Source: an uncultured Acidobacteriota bacterium (GTDB lineage Bacteria; Acidobacteriota; Terriglobia; Terriglobales; Acidobacteriaceae). Taken from it: a stretch of DNA of 64,000 nt. A program made the translations under genes and the position numbers. Each line of letters starts with the position of its first letter. Positions within the stretch are counted from its first letter, which is position 1. This document shows positions 28,336 through 38,410 of this stretch, one piece after another. The stretch covers positions 87,529-151,528 of the forward strand of contig CAVPCD010000009.1 of the NCBI GenBank assembly GCA_963702345.1, written 5' to 3'. The notes below the pieces were generated by a model. The model did no database searches, was not told where the DNA came from, and worked only from the letters and a program-made list of their open reading frames with translations.

Positions 28336-29523
28336 TTAGTCGCGAAAAAAAGCCTGCCACTCGCGTGGGTAGTTTATATACGACGCGTTTAAACCGCTAA
28401 CCGACTGGCAGCCCAGCAGACGCATCGTGCGCTGAAAATCATTTTTTAAGATCTGAATAGCGCGCTCAACTCCGGGATGCCCAGCGGCGGCGAGACCGTA
28501 GGCGTAGGCGCGGCCGACGAGCACTGCACGGGCACCCAGGCAGAGCGCTTTCACAATGTCACTACCACGGCGAACGCCTCCATCCATCAGCACTTCGACC
28601 TGGCTTCCCACTGCCGAAACAATTTCTGGAAGCGCACGTATTGTAGGAGAAACCGAATCCAATTGGCGCCCGCCGTGGTTCGAGACCACTACCGCGGCCG
28701 CGCCTTCATCGACGGCACGCCGTGCGTCGTCTGCGATGAGCACACCTTTAATCACAATTGGCCCCGACCAACTCTCCCGAATCCAGCTTAGATCTTTCCA
28801 ACTCACCGCGCCGCGGGACAGCGATTCACTCACGTTTACCATGTCCAAGGGGCCTTGTCCCGGTACGACAACATTTTCCAGTTTAGGCACGCCGCCATCG
28901 AGCAGGAATGACATCAGCCATCCCGGGTGCAGAAGCAAATTCGGCAGAAAAGGAATTTTCGCGAAGACTCCTTTGCCCAGGAGTTGTGGCACGCCATTTC
29001 GCGAATCGCGTTCTCGCAATCCTGCAACCGCAGTATCGATGGTGACCACCAGCGCGGAGAACCCCGCCCTCTGCGCGCGTTCCATTGCGCCTTCGGCCGC
29101 GGGGCGGCCTCCCGCGAGGTAAAGCTGGTACCAGGCGAACCCCTTGGTCCCCGCTTTCACATCCTCGAGCCTGTGGCCGGAAATGGTCGAAAGTATGTAT
29201 CCCGTGCCGGCTTCTCCCGCGGCCCGCGCAGCGGCAACTTCGCCCTCGGGATGCATAAGCCGGCTGTAGCCGACCGGAGCGAGCATCGCCGGGAACGAAA
29301 TCTGGTTGCCCAAAACCGTGGTGCCGAGATCACAATTTTCCATTGCGATTGCTTGGTGCGGCCTGAAGGTTATGTCTTGAAAGGCCCGGCAATTTTCGCG
29401 CAACGTAGTTTCGGCGTCCGCGCCGCCATCGAGATAATCGAAGACTGCCCTGGGCACGCGTCGTTTCGCTATCCGCCGAAGATCGGCGATGTTGAGCACT
29501 TGCGAAGAAGATAGTTTGGCCAT
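28336..29523 (-). CDS. FMN-dependent alpha-hydroxy-acid dehydrogenase/oxidase (LldD / glycolate oxidase family)
   Basis: 395 aa. VFDYLDGGADAETTLREN N-terminus and the VVSNHGGRQLD signature. Confidence 0.88.
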   Translation of the reverse strand: MAKLSSSQVLNIADLRRIAKRRVPRAVFDYLDGGADAETTLRENCRAFQDITFRPHQAIAMENCDLGTTVLGNQISFPAMLAPVGYSRLMHPEGEVAAARAAGEAGTGYILSTISGHRLEDVKAGTKGFAWYQLYLAGGRPAAEGAMERAQRAGFSALVVTIDTAVAGLRERDSRNGVPQLLGKGVFAKIPFLPNLLLHPGWLMSFLLDGGVPKLENVVVPGQGPLDMVNVSESLSRGAVSWKDLSWIRESWSGPIVIKGVLIADDARRAVDEGAAAVVVSNHGGRQLDSVSPTIRALPEIVSAVGSQVEVLMDGGVRRGSDIVKALCLGARAVLVGRAYAYGLAAAGHPGVERAIQILKNDFQRTMRLLGCQSVSGLNASYINYPREWQAFFRD

Positions 29524-29687
29524 TGCGCGTGAGGGAAAAGCGAAAACACGAAGCTACCAGCATCAGCCGGTGCACGCAACTGCTGCGCTGGGTTTTCGAA
29601 TCCCGAGATTAGGATGTAATCGATAAGAAATCCGTCCCGTACCTTTATACTTTTCCTTTGCAGTGAATCGGCGAGAGAAGCGAGGAC

Positions 29688-30671
29688 ATGAAATATCGAG
29701 CGCTGGGGCGGACAGGTTGGGAAGTTTCGGAGATAAGTTTTGGGGCATGGGCGATTGGCGGATTCTGGGGCAAAGTCTCCGATGAAGACGCCATGAATAC
29801 CTTGCACAAAGCCATCGACAGCGGGGTGAATTTCATCGACACGGCAGACGTTTATGGCGATGGCCGCAGTGAACGCCTGATCGCTTGCCTGAAGAAAGAG
29901 CGCAAGGATGAAATCGTCGTAGCCACGAAAGCGGGACGGCGACTGCCGAAGCAAGTGGTGGAGGGCTACAACCGTCAGAACCTCATTGCGTGGGTCAACG
30001 ATAGCCTGAGCAATCTGCAAGTTGATGCGCTCGATCTGCTCCAACTCCATTGCCCGCCCACTGACGCTTACTACCATCCTGAAATTTTCGGAATGCTGGA
30101 TGATCTGGTGAAAGAAGGAAAGCTTCGGTATTACGCTGTGAGCGTAGAGCGAGTGGAAGAAGCTCTGAAAGCGATTGAATTTCCCAATGTTCAAAGCGTG
30201 CAGATCATCTTCAATTGCTTTCGGCAGCGTCCGGCGGAATCGTTTTTTCAGCAGGCGAAGGGGAAGCAAGTCGGAATTCTGGCACGGGTACCGCTGGCCA
30301 GCGGAATGCTAAGCGGCAAGCTGAAACGCGATTCTTCTTTTCCCGCTGATGATCATCGCAACTTCAATCGTCACGGCGAGATGTTTGATGTGGGCGAAAC
30401 TTTTTCAGGAGTGGATTATGAAGTGGGGCTAGACGCCGTCGAAGAAATCAGGCGACTTCTGCCACTGGGCGTTTCCATGAGCCAATTCGCGCTGCGCTGG
30501 ATTTTGATGTTCGACGCGGTCTCCTGCGCCATTCCCGGTGGCAAACGCCCGGAGCAGGTTGCAGACAATTGCCATGCCTCTGACCTGGCGCCGCTTTCTG
30601 CGGAAACAATGGCGGCGGTTCAACGAATCTACGACGAAGAGATCCGTCCGCAGGTTCACCAGCGCTGGTGA
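29688..30671 (+). CDS. Aldo/keto reductase
   Basis: 327 aa. MKYRALGRTGWEVSEISFGAW, GVNFIDTADVYGDGRSE and LDLLQLH are typical of the AKR family. Confidence 0.9.
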   Translation: MKYRALGRTGWEVSEISFGAWAIGGFWGKVSDEDAMNTLHKAIDSGVNFIDTADVYGDGRSERLIACLKKERKDEIVVATKAGRRLPKQVVEGYNRQNLIAWVNDSLSNLQVDALDLLQLHCPPTDAYYHPEIFGMLDDLVKEGKLRYYAVSVERVEEALKAIEFPNVQSVQIIFNCFRQRPAESFFQQAKGKQVGILARVPLASGMLSGKLKRDSSFPADDHRNFNRHGEMFDVGETFSGVDYEVGLDAVEEIRRLLPLGVSMSQFALRWILMFDAVSCAIPGGKRPEQVADNCHASDLAPLSAETMAAVQRIYDEEIRPQVHQRW

Positions 30672-30697
30672 TTTTCTTGGCCGGAAGGTAAGAAACA

Positions 30698-31540
30698 TCA
30701 CTCCGGCCAAATTCGCAACGCCGTCTGCGAAAGAATCTGCTGCCGAATCTCGTGATTGAGCGGCAGCGCGCGAAAGGCGTCGAGATTTTCTTTTACCTCG
30801 GGTACTCCGGGCCCAGGCCAGTCGGTGCCGAATAGCGTTTTCTCCGCAATCTCATCAAGCCGGGGGAAATATTTGAGCAACGACTTCGGTGGAATGCCGC
30901 TGATATCGAGAAAAACATTCGGATGTCTTCGCAGCAGGAAAAATGCAGTTTGCATCCACAGCGGCCGGCCGCCGTGAGCGAGGATGATCTTGAGCTTGGG
31001 AAAATCGACGGCGACGTCGTCGATAAAAATTGGATCACCGTAACGATTTCGTGCACCAGGAAAAATCGAAGTTCCAGTGTGAAACATGACCGGAATGCCA
31101 TTCGCTTCGGCGGCGCGATAAATAATTTCCAGTTCTTTTACCCCGTTGAGGTAATCGTTGGGAAAGAGAAGCTGGTGCGGCGGATGGATCTTGATCATGC
31201 GAATTTTCAACCGCAGAATTTGTTCGATATCGGCACTGATGTCACGAGACTGACGGGGATGAATTCCGCCGCAGGGGATCAGGCGCTTCGGGTCAGCCTT
31301 CACGTAGTCGGCGATGAACTGATTCACTTCTGAAGTGAAGCCGATCACGTCCGGCGCGACATAATTGATCAGCACTGCGCGGTCAATGCCGGCGCCGTCC
31401 AGATATTTGAGAAAAGATTTAGGAGAGCGGGTGAATTCGGCGATCTGTTCGAAATTCGATCGGCGCTTCTTCATCAGTTCCAGAGCCTGCGGCCGGAACA
31501 TGTGCAGCGGCTGGATATGAATGTGGCAGTCGGTGATCAC
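30698..31540 (-). CDS. Amidohydrolase-2 family metal-dependent TIM-barrel hydrolase
   Basis: 280 aa. N-terminal DCHIHI metal motif, MFHTG, and ILAHGG followed by FGTDWP. Confidence 0.78.
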   Translation of the reverse strand: MITDCHIHIQPLHMFRPQALELMKKRRSNFEQIAEFTRSPKSFLKYLDGAGIDRAVLINYVAPDVIGFTSEVNQFIADYVKADPKRLIPCGGIHPRQSRDISADIEQILRLKIRMIKIHPPHQLLFPNDYLNGVKELEIIYRAAEANGIPVMFHTGTSIFPGARNRYGDPIFIDDVAVDFPKLKIILAHGGRPLWMQTAFFLLRRHPNVFLDISGIPPKSLLKYFPRLDEIAEKTLFGTDWPGPGVPEVKENLDAFRALPLNHEIRQQILSQTALRIWPE

Positions 31541-31678
31541 AATGTTAGCTCTGTACCTGTGGTGCTTGGCTTGAACTCCCGCCGCTTGTCAGTGTAAGCT
31601 TTGAGTGACTTTCTGTGGAAAACGCCTCACCCAGTTGGTTTTAAGTACCCAATAAAACGTTGAGAGCGCTCAAGATTA

Positions 31679-31763
31679 GCGGAAGTGGTGGAATTGGCAG
31701 ACACACCATCTTGAGGGGGTGGCGCCGAAAGGCGTGGGGGTTCAAATCCCCCCTTCCGCACCA
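31679..31763 (+). tRNA. tRNA-Leu (anticodon GAG), type II with long variable arm, CCA encoded
   Basis: Acceptor GCGGAAG/CTTCCGC. Anticodon stem CCATC/GGTGG with loop TT-GAG-GG. Variable arm CGCCGAAAGGCGT. T-arm GGGGG-TTCAAAT-CCCCC. Discriminator A plus CCA. Closely resembles E. coli leuU. Confidence 0.92.
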
Positions 31764-31815
31764 TATTCCGGAGCGCTAGCCACAAGAATTCGTTTCAACA
31801 AAGGTTTCCTAATTC

Positions 31816-32139
31816 ATGATCACATTTGTAACCCTCATTCACATTTTTGTTTGCTTCTTTCTCATCATTGTCGTGCTGCTGCAAAGCGGCAAGAGCGGCG
31901 ACATCGCCGCGGCCTTCGGTGGACAGGGAAGCCAGACTGCATTCGGCCCACGTGGCGCGGCCACTGTTCTCACCAAAGCCACAACCTGGTGCGCGATCAT
32001 CTTTATGCTGACCTCGATAACGCTGTCGATTGCGGCATCGCGGAAGACTGGGCCCAAGTCAGTGTTCCAGAACTATCCGACGACCCCGGCGAAGTCAGGT
32101 AATGCTCCGTCTCAGAATGCGCCAGCGCCGAAGAAATAA
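31816..32139 (+). CDS. secG: Preprotein translocase subunit SecG
   Basis: 107 aa with two TM segments. LLQSGKSGDIAAAFGG is the SecG signature region. Confidence 0.85.
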   Translation: MITFVTLIHIFVCFFLIIVVLLQSGKSGDIAAAFGGQGSQTAFGPRGAATVLTKATTWCAIIFMLTSITLSIAASRKTGPKSVFQNYPTTPAKSGNAPSQNAPAPKK

Positions 32140-32156
32140 TTTCAACGCAGCATTCC

Positions 32157-32257
32157 GCTTAGCCGTTAGCTCCCCCATCGATGCCACGAGTTTTATTCCT
32201 GATGAGATGGGGCGATGTACGCGAGCTAACAGCTAAAGGCCAGGAGCTAAGAGCTGT
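32157..32257. repeat. Second intergenic element with inverted heptamer arrays
   Basis: Left side ...CTT AGCCGTT AGCTCCC (32161-32174). Right array GAGCTAA CAGCTAA AGGCCAG GAGCTAA GAGCTGT (32223-32257). Nested pairing GTTAGCTC/GAGCTAAC and CCCCATC/GATGGGG. Shares AGCCGTYAGCT with the element at 16907. The right array ends 2 nt before the next ATG. Confidence 0.4.
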
Positions 32258-32259
32258 TC

Positions 32260-32892
32260 ATGATCCACGAAATCCTTCCCGTTGGACCTTTGCAGTGCAA
32301 CTGCTCGATCATTGGCGATGAAACTTCTCACGAAGCCATGGTCATCGACCCGGGCGATGACATTGCGGATGTCCTGGCCATCATCAAAAAACGCAACCTC
32401 AATGTGAAGCAGATCGTGATCACGCACGCCCACATCGACCATGTCGGCGGGGCGATGAAGCTGCGCGCCGCTACTGGTGCGCCGATCCTTCTCAATCACA
32501 ACGATTACACGCTTTTGAAGATGCTCGATCTGCAGGCGGACTGGATCGGGATGCAATCGCCGGGAAAAGTTGAGATCGATCACAGCCTCAACGAGCAGGA
32601 TACGGTGAAAGCCGGTTCGCTCACGGCGAACGTCATGCACACGCCGGGGCATACCGAGGGCAGCATCTGCCTTTACTTTCCCGCGGAGAGAAAGTTGATA
32701 GCCGGGGACACGCTTTTTGCAGGGAGCATCGGACGAACCGATTTGCCTGGCGGATCATTCGAAAAAATAATGCGCTCCTTGCACGACAAACTGCTGTCCC
32801 TGCCGGATGAGACCGCCGTCGTCCCAGGACACGGTCCGCTCACTTCTATTGGCACAGAACGCGAAACGAATCCATTTCTAAAGAAGAGATAA
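32260..32892 (+). CDS. MBL-fold metallo-hydrolase (glyoxalase II-like)
   Basis: 210 aa. THAHIDHVGG (HxHxDH) and downstream TPGHTEGS. Confidence 0.85.
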   Translation: MIHEILPVGPLQCNCSIIGDETSHEAMVIDPGDDIADVLAIIKKRNLNVKQIVITHAHIDHVGGAMKLRAATGAPILLNHNDYTLLKMLDLQADWIGMQSPGKVEIDHSLNEQDTVKAGSLTANVMHTPGHTEGSICLYFPAERKLIAGDTLFAGSIGRTDLPGGSFEKIMRSLHDKLLSLPDETAVVPGHGPLTSIGTERETNPFLKKR

Positions 32893-32994
32893 CTCAGAGC
32901 AATCCTTTCCGAAAAACCAAACTTCACCCGGATCGCCGTTCCAGCAAGTACACGCCCGGCCCTTGCTTGCCTCGAATCGAGCGACAGAATTCCT

Positions 32995-33840
32995 TCACCA
33001 CGAATCCTGCGTCCAGTGCTTGACTGAACGCGCGCCGCGTCGCCAGCCTCCATTCGCGTGCCAATGCTTATCGGCGTGTTCAATCCGATCCATGTCGCGG
33101 GGAATTTCGATCGCGATTCGTTGCCGTGAGAGTGCTACAGCCAAATCACCTTCCGCCGGCTTGCCATTACCGTTGAAACGAATGAGTGGTTCCAAGTGTC
33201 TCAGTGCGTCCAGGACTTCGGCGGATCCGTTTTTGCCGTTCAGCCGTTGCTGAACCCGCGAATCCGCCATGTGCCACGTCACCCATAGCCGGTCGGTTCC
33301 GTTAGTGTGCAAGTGGCTCGAAGTCTGCGGGCCATAAAAGTCGACACGGTAGTTGTCTGAAATGACGCCGAGCTTGCTGAAATTCAAATGCGCATTCAGG
33401 CTGCGTAAGGGATCGAACGTCCATGTCATCTCAGTGATCCCCATCGCCAGGGCGCGTTCCCGTTGCGCCAGTTTCAAACGGTAGCCCAGCCCATATTTCC
33501 GGTGAGACGCACGCACGGCGAGCATATGAGAGTGGAGACCGATTCTGCTGTGTTCGAAGCTGGGGAAGGCAAGCGCGAATCCCACCAGCTCGCTTGCTTC
33601 GAATGCGCCCAGCAGAATGCTTCCGGCAGCTCTAAGCGCGACAACCAGGGTCAAGGGAGTGACGTCGGCTTCATCAAGGCCCCAGACTTCCTTTTCCAGT
33701 CGCAGCATGGGCTCGATGTCAGAAATTGTTTCGAGATCGCGGAGAGTAATTGCGGATTGAGTTATCGAGCCAGACATGGAAATCGCGGTTTGGCCGTCCA
33801 ATATACCTAACCCGGCCCGGTTCTCGCTATTGTGAACCAC
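32995..33840 (-). CDS. Predicted GNAT-superfamily acetyltransferase (COG3375-like)
   Basis: 281 aa. LVGFALAFPS...HSHMLAVRASHRKYGLGYRLKLAQRERAL resembles a GNAT acetyl-CoA-binding core. Family assignment is from memory. A start at an internal Met (MSGSITQ, 33777) is possible. Confidence 0.45.
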   Translation of the reverse strand: MVHNSENRAGLGILDGQTAISMSGSITQSAITLRDLETISDIEPMLRLEKEVWGLDEADVTPLTLVVALRAAGSILLGAFEASELVGFALAFPSFEHSRIGLHSHMLAVRASHRKYGLGYRLKLAQRERALAMGITEMTWTFDPLRSLNAHLNFSKLGVISDNYRVDFYGPQTSSHLHTNGTDRLWVTWHMADSRVQQRLNGKNGSAEVLDALRHLEPLIRFNGNGKPAEGDLAVALSRQRIAIEIPRDMDRIEHADKHWHANGGWRRGARSVKHWTQDSW

Positions 33841-34005
33841 TGGAGATCGCGATTCCGGCCCGCTTCAGGTAAATTTTTGTAAACATCTGAGTACCCTCGA
33901 CTTCAATGCACATCCAAAGCTTGTGGACGTGTGCCCGTCGTCTGGGCAATACGATGTCCATTTATTTAAGATAAGTGCATCTTGGGGCGGAGGCCAGTTA
34001 CACAA

Positions 34006-35289
34006 ATGCTCTCTCATCTGCTGCAATCTAAGGCGGGACCCGCGCGTTTGGCATCCCTCTTAGTTCTGCTACTTTTGCCGTCTCTTTTTACGGCGTGTTC
34101 CGGATCCAGTTCCAGCCCCTCGAAAGCCCGGGCCAATGCCCCACAGACGGTCCAAGTAACCGTTGCCCCCGCCTTGCGCCAGAACCTGCCGATCTACCTG
34201 AGCGGGCTGGGATCTATCGAAGCCTATTACACGGTCAGTGTGAAGAGCCGTGTGGACGGCCAACTCATCGATGTGAAATTCAAAGAAGGCGAGACGGTGA
34301 AGAAGGGCGCGCTGCTGGCGGTCATCGATCCTCGTCCATACCAGGTGCAACTCGACCAAGCGCAAGCGCAGCTTTTCAAAGATCAGGCATCGTTGCGCGA
34401 TGCCAGACTAAATTATCAGCGATACAAAGGTCTGCTGCAGAACTCCGGCGCAATGTCGCAGCAGCAAGTTGACACGCAGCAGGCGACTGTCGATCAACTC
34501 GATGGCACCGTGCGCAATGATCAGGCGACGGTGGAGAATGCAAAACTGAATCTCGTCTATTGCCACATTACAGCGCCGGTGAGCGGACGCATCGGTTTGC
34601 GCCTGGTGGATCCTGGAAATATCGTGCATGCCGCCGACACAAATCCTATGCTGGTGATTACCCAGCTTCAACCTATTACCGCCGTCTTCACTCTGCCGGA
34701 AGATGAGTTGCCGACGGTAGCGCAACATATGCACAAGGGCACATTGCAGGTTGACGCGTACAGTCGCGACGACTTGACCAAACTTGATACCGGAACATTG
34801 CTGACGATCGACAATGAAATTGACCAGACCACTGGAACCGGCAAGCTGAAGGCCATCTTCGAAAACAAGACCAACGAGCTGTGGCCTAACCAGTTCGTAA
34901 ATATTCATCTTCTGCTGGAAACACAGAAGAATGTGACGGTGGTTCCCTCCGCCGCGGTGCAACGCGGACCGCAGGGAAACTACGTTTACGTGATGAAGCC
35001 GGACAAGACAGTGGAAGTTCGCAATGTGACCATTCCGGTGACGCAGGGCAACTTGAGCGAGATCGCGAGCGGCGTTTCTCCTAATGAACTTGTTGTGACT
35101 GACGGCCAGGACAAACTTCAACAGGGAAGTCACGTTGAACCGCACACTCAGGGGTCAGGCACTCAGAATGCGCAAGGTGCCAGCTCTGATCAAAATGCCG
35201 CGAATGCGCCGCAGAATTCTAACCCCGGCCAGGGGCAAAGCGGCCGGCGCGGCAAGAACAGTAATCAACGCGGGACTGCTTCCCAATGA
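34006..35289 (+). CDS. mdtA: RND efflux membrane fusion (periplasmic adaptor) lipoprotein, MdtA-like
   Basis: Lipobox LFTAC after ATG 34006 (the ORF track starts at TTG 33982). HlyD-type coiled coil and barrel-sandwich pattern. 4-nt ATGA overlap with the next gene. Confidence 0.85.
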   Translation: MLSHLLQSKAGPARLASLLVLLLLPSLFTACSGSSSSPSKARANAPQTVQVTVAPALRQNLPIYLSGLGSIEAYYTVSVKSRVDGQLIDVKFKEGETVKKGALLAVIDPRPYQVQLDQAQAQLFKDQASLRDARLNYQRYKGLLQNSGAMSQQQVDTQQATVDQLDGTVRNDQATVENAKLNLVYCHITAPVSGRIGLRLVDPGNIVHAADTNPMLVITQLQPITAVFTLPEDELPTVAQHMHKGTLQVDAYSRDDLTKLDTGTLLTIDNEIDQTTGTGKLKAIFENKTNELWPNQFVNIHLLLETQKNVTVVPSAAVQRGPQGNYVYVMKPDKTVEVRNVTIPVTQGNLSEIASGVSPNELVVTDGQDKLQQGSHVEPHTQGSGTQNAQGASSDQNAANAPQNSNPGQGQSGRRGKNSNQRGTASQ

Positions 35290-38200
35290 ATCCGTCGCGG
35301 CTCTTTATTCTCCGCCCAGTTGCTACGTCGCTCATGATGATCGGCGTGTTGCTGATCGGTATCGTGGCTTACCGGCAACTGCCGGTTTCAGCCTTGCCGG
35401 AAGTCGACTATCCAACCATCCAGGTGATGACGTTCTACCCGGGCGCGGATCCCACCGTGATGGCTTCATCGGTGACCGCGCCGCTGGAACGCCAGTTCGG
35501 ACAAGTACCCGGACTAAGCCAAATGACTTCGACCAGTTCGCTGGGCGCTTCGGTCATCACTCTGCAATTCAATCTCGATCAGAATATTGATATCGCCGAG
35601 CAGGAGGTGCAAGCATCGATTAATTCCGCAGGGACTTACCTTCCCGTCGATCTGCCGAATCCTCCCATCTATAGCAAAGTCAATCCCGCGGACTCGCCGA
35701 TCCTGACTCTTTCGGTGAGTTCTGACACGTTGCCTTTATCCAAGGTCGAAGATCTTGCGGACACGCAACTTGCGCAGAAAATTTCCCAGGTCACAGGCGT
35801 AGGCCTGGTGTCGATCAGCGGCGGCCAGAAGCCTGCCGTCCGCGTGCAGGCGAACCCGACCGCTCTCGCTTCTTATGGTTTAAGCCTCGAAGACGTTCGT
35901 ACCGCCATCGCTGCTGCCAACGTTGATCAAGCCAAGGGAACGCTCGATGGTCCACGACAATCTTTCACGATCGGCGCAAACGATCAGCTGCTCTTAGGAG
36001 CGCAGTACAAGCCGATCGTGGTCGCATATCGCAACGGCGCCCCCGTTCGACTGGATGCTGTAGCCCATGTCACTGATGGGGTGGAGAACACTGACGAGTC
36101 TGCGTGGATGGGCCAAGGCTCGGTATTGGCTCCCGCCGTCATCGTGAATATTCAGCGCCAGCCGGGCGCGAACATCATCAGTGTTGCGGACAAGATCAAA
36201 CTACTTTTGCCGCAGTTGCAGGCTTCGCTTCCCGCGGCGGTGCGGGTTTCGATTCTTACCGACCGGACCGAAACCATTCGTGCGTCCGTCAAGGACGTGG
36301 AATTCGAACTCAGCCTCACCATTGGCCTGGTGGTGTTGGTGATCTTTCTTTTTCTGCGAAACCTGCGAGCGACGATCATTCCTAGTGTCGCGGTACCGCT
36401 GTCGATTGTGGGAACTTTTGCGGTTATGTACCTGCTCGGGTACAGCTTGAACAATTTGACGCTGATGGCATTGACGATTTCCACCGGATTCGTCGTCGAT
36501 GACGCCATCGTGATGATCGAGAACATCGATCGCTTTCTCGAAGCCGGCGAGTCTCCGCTGGATGCGGCATTGAAAGGCGCGGGTCAAATCGGCTTCACCA
36601 TCGTTTCATTGACGGTTTCTTTGATCGCGGTTTTGATCCCCCTCCTTTTCATGGGCGATATTGTGGGCCGTCTGTTCCGCGAGTTTGCGGTCACGTTGGC
36701 GGTCACGATCCTGGTTTCGGCATTCGTTTCGTTGACACTCACTCCCATGATGAGCGCGCGCTTGCTGAAATCGAAAGCCGACCAAAAGGAAGGGCGCTTT
36801 TATCAGTGGTCGGAGCGGGTCTATGAGCGCGTGATCGCAGGGTACGGCCGAACGTTGAAGTTTGTCCTGAAGCACCAGACGACCACGCTGCTGGTAACGG
36901 CCGCGACGCTGGTACTCACGTTGCTGCTTTACATCGTTGTGCCCAAAGGCTTCTTCCCGGTCCAGGATACCGGCGTCATTCTCGGCATTTCAGAATCGCC
37001 GCAAGATGTTTCCTTCAGCGCGATGTCCCAGCGCCAGCAGCAGCTGGCGCGCGCGATTTTGAAAGATCCTGATGTGCTGAGCCTCTCGTCATTTATTGGT
37101 GTCGACGGAACAAATTTGACCCTGAACAGCGGCCGCATCCAGATCAATCTAAAGCCGCGGAACGAACGTAGTGCAAGCGCTTCTGACATTATTCGGCGGC
37201 TGCAACCTCAGCTTGCAAAAATCGAAGGAATCACGCTGTACATGCAGCCGATCCAGGACTTGACGGTTGAGGACCGGGTGAGCCGCACTCAATACCAGTA
37301 TTCGATGGAAGACATTGACGCGCAGGAACTCTCGGTGTGGTCGCAGAAGCTTATACAACAACTTCATTCAGCGAGCGCGCTGCGTGACGTGGCCAGCGAT
37401 CAGCAGAATGGCGGGTTACAAGCGGACCTGGTTATAGACCGCGATTCAGCGTCGCGGCTCGGAATTTTGCCGGCTCAAATTGACGCCACTTTGTATGACG
37501 CTTTCGGCCAGCGCCAGGTCTCGACCATCTACACCCAGCTGAATCAATATCACGTGGTGCTTGAGGTTGATCCGCAGTTCCAAAAGGATCCCCAGTCGCT
37601 GGACAATATATATGTGAAGTCGAATACAGGCACACAGGTCCCGCTGTCTGCATTCAGCCACATTGAGCGCACTAACGCCACCCTTGCCATCAACCATCAG
37701 GGGCAGTTCCCGGTTGTGACATTGTCCTTCAACTTGGCGCCGGGTGCTTCGCTGGGAGAAGCAACCAAAGAGATCGACGCAGCCGAGCAAGCAATCCAGA
37801 TGCCGGCCAGCATTCACACCAGTTATCAGGGGACAGCTGCTGCGTTTCGCAATTCTTTGTCGAGCGAACCGCTGTTGATCCTGGCTGCGATTATCACGGT
37901 ATATATAGTCCTCGGTGTCTTATACGAGAGCTACATCCACCCGATCACGATTCTCTCAACCCTTCCATCAGCCGGGGTCGGCGCCTTGCTCGCCCTCATC
38001 ATCACCGGCAATGATCTCGGGGTGGTCAGCCTGATCGGAATCATTTTGTTGATCGGCATCGTGAAGAAAAACGCCATCATGATGATCGACTTCGCTCTTG
38101 AGGCGGAGCGTGATGAACATAAGCCGCCCGAAGAAGCGATCTATCAGGCTTCGCTTCTGCGCTTCCGTCCCATCATGATGACCACCATGGCCGCGCTGTT

Positions 38201-38408
38201 TGGCGGATTGCCGCTGGCTCTGGGCACGGGCACAGGTTCGGAACTGCGGCACCCGTTGGGCATCACAATTGTTGGCGGATTGCTAGTCAGTCAACTCTTG
38301 ACCCTTTACACCACTCCAGTGGTTTACATCTGGTTCGACCGTTTGTCCGAGCGATTCTCGCGATTTGGGTTTCGTCACTTTCAGGAACAGCCGGTTGTGG
38401 GGGATTAG
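35286..38408 (+). CDS. mdtB: RND multidrug efflux permease, MdtB-like
   Basis: 1040 aa. [17 protein letters not shown]-terminus and a 12-TM AcrB-family layout. First of two tandem RND permeases, as in mdtABC. Confidence 0.9.
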   Translation: MNPSRLFILRPVATSLMMIGVLLIGIVAYRQLPVSALPEVDYPTIQVMTFYPGADPTVMASSVTAPLERQFGQVPGLSQMTSTSSLGASVITLQFNLDQNIDIAEQEVQASINSAGTYLPVDLPNPPIYSKVNPADSPILTLSVSSDTLPLSKVEDLADTQLAQKISQVTGVGLVSISGGQKPAVRVQANPTALASYGLSLEDVRTAIAAANVDQAKGTLDGPRQSFTIGANDQLLLGAQYKPIVVAYRNGAPVRLDAVAHVTDGVENTDESAWMGQGSVLAPAVIVNIQRQPGANIISVADKIKLLLPQLQASLPAAVRVSILTDRTETIRASVKDVEFELSLTIGLVVLVIFLFLRNLRATIIPSVAVPLSIVGTFAVMYLLGYSLNNLTLMALTISTGFVVDDAIVMIENIDRFLEAGESPLDAALKGAGQIGFTIVSLTVSLIAVLIPLLFMGDIVGRLFREFAVTLAVTILVSAFVSLTLTPMMSARLLKSKADQKEGRFYQWSERVYERVIAGYGRTLKFVLKHQTTTLLVTAATLVLTLLLYIVVPKGFFPVQDTGVILGISESPQDVSFSAMSQRQQQLARAILKDPDVLSLSSFIGVDGTNLTLNSGRIQINLKPRNERSASASDIIRRLQPQLAKIEGITLYMQPIQDLTVEDRVSRTQYQYSMEDIDAQELSVWSQKLIQQLHSASALRDVASDQQNGGLQADLVIDRDSASRLGILPAQIDATLYDAFGQRQVSTIYTQLNQYHVVLEVDPQFQKDPQSLDNIYVKSNTGTQVPLSAFSHIERTNATLAINHQGQFPVVTLSFNLAPGASLGEATKEIDAAEQAIQMPASIHTSYQGTAAAFRNSLSSEPLLILAAIITVYIVLGVLYESYIHPITILSTLPSAGVGALLALIITGNDLGVVSLIGIILLIGIVKKNAIMMIDFALEAERDEHKPPEEAIYQASLLRFRPIMMTTMAALFGGLPLALGTGTGSELRHPLGITIVGGLLVSQLLTLYTTPVVYIWFDRLSERFSRFGFRHFQEQPVVGD

Positions 38409-38410
38409 TT

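Noticed and set aside
29469-30269. 266-aa ORF antisense to the aldo/keto reductase. Similar long antisense ORFs lie at 6819-7544, 22391-23170, 34408-35145, 40655-41515, 47664-48470 and 59606-60550.
   Set aside because: Each lies fully inside a gene with strong family motifs on the other strand. The translations are Arg/Pro/Gly-rich with no recognisable domains. These are typical shadow ORFs of GC-rich DNA.
31541-32259. tRNA gene as a possible integration hotspot (genomic island or prophage border).
   Set aside because: No integrase, no direct repeat of the tRNA 3' end, and the flanking genes (amidohydrolase, secG, MBL hydrolase) are ordinary core-type genes.
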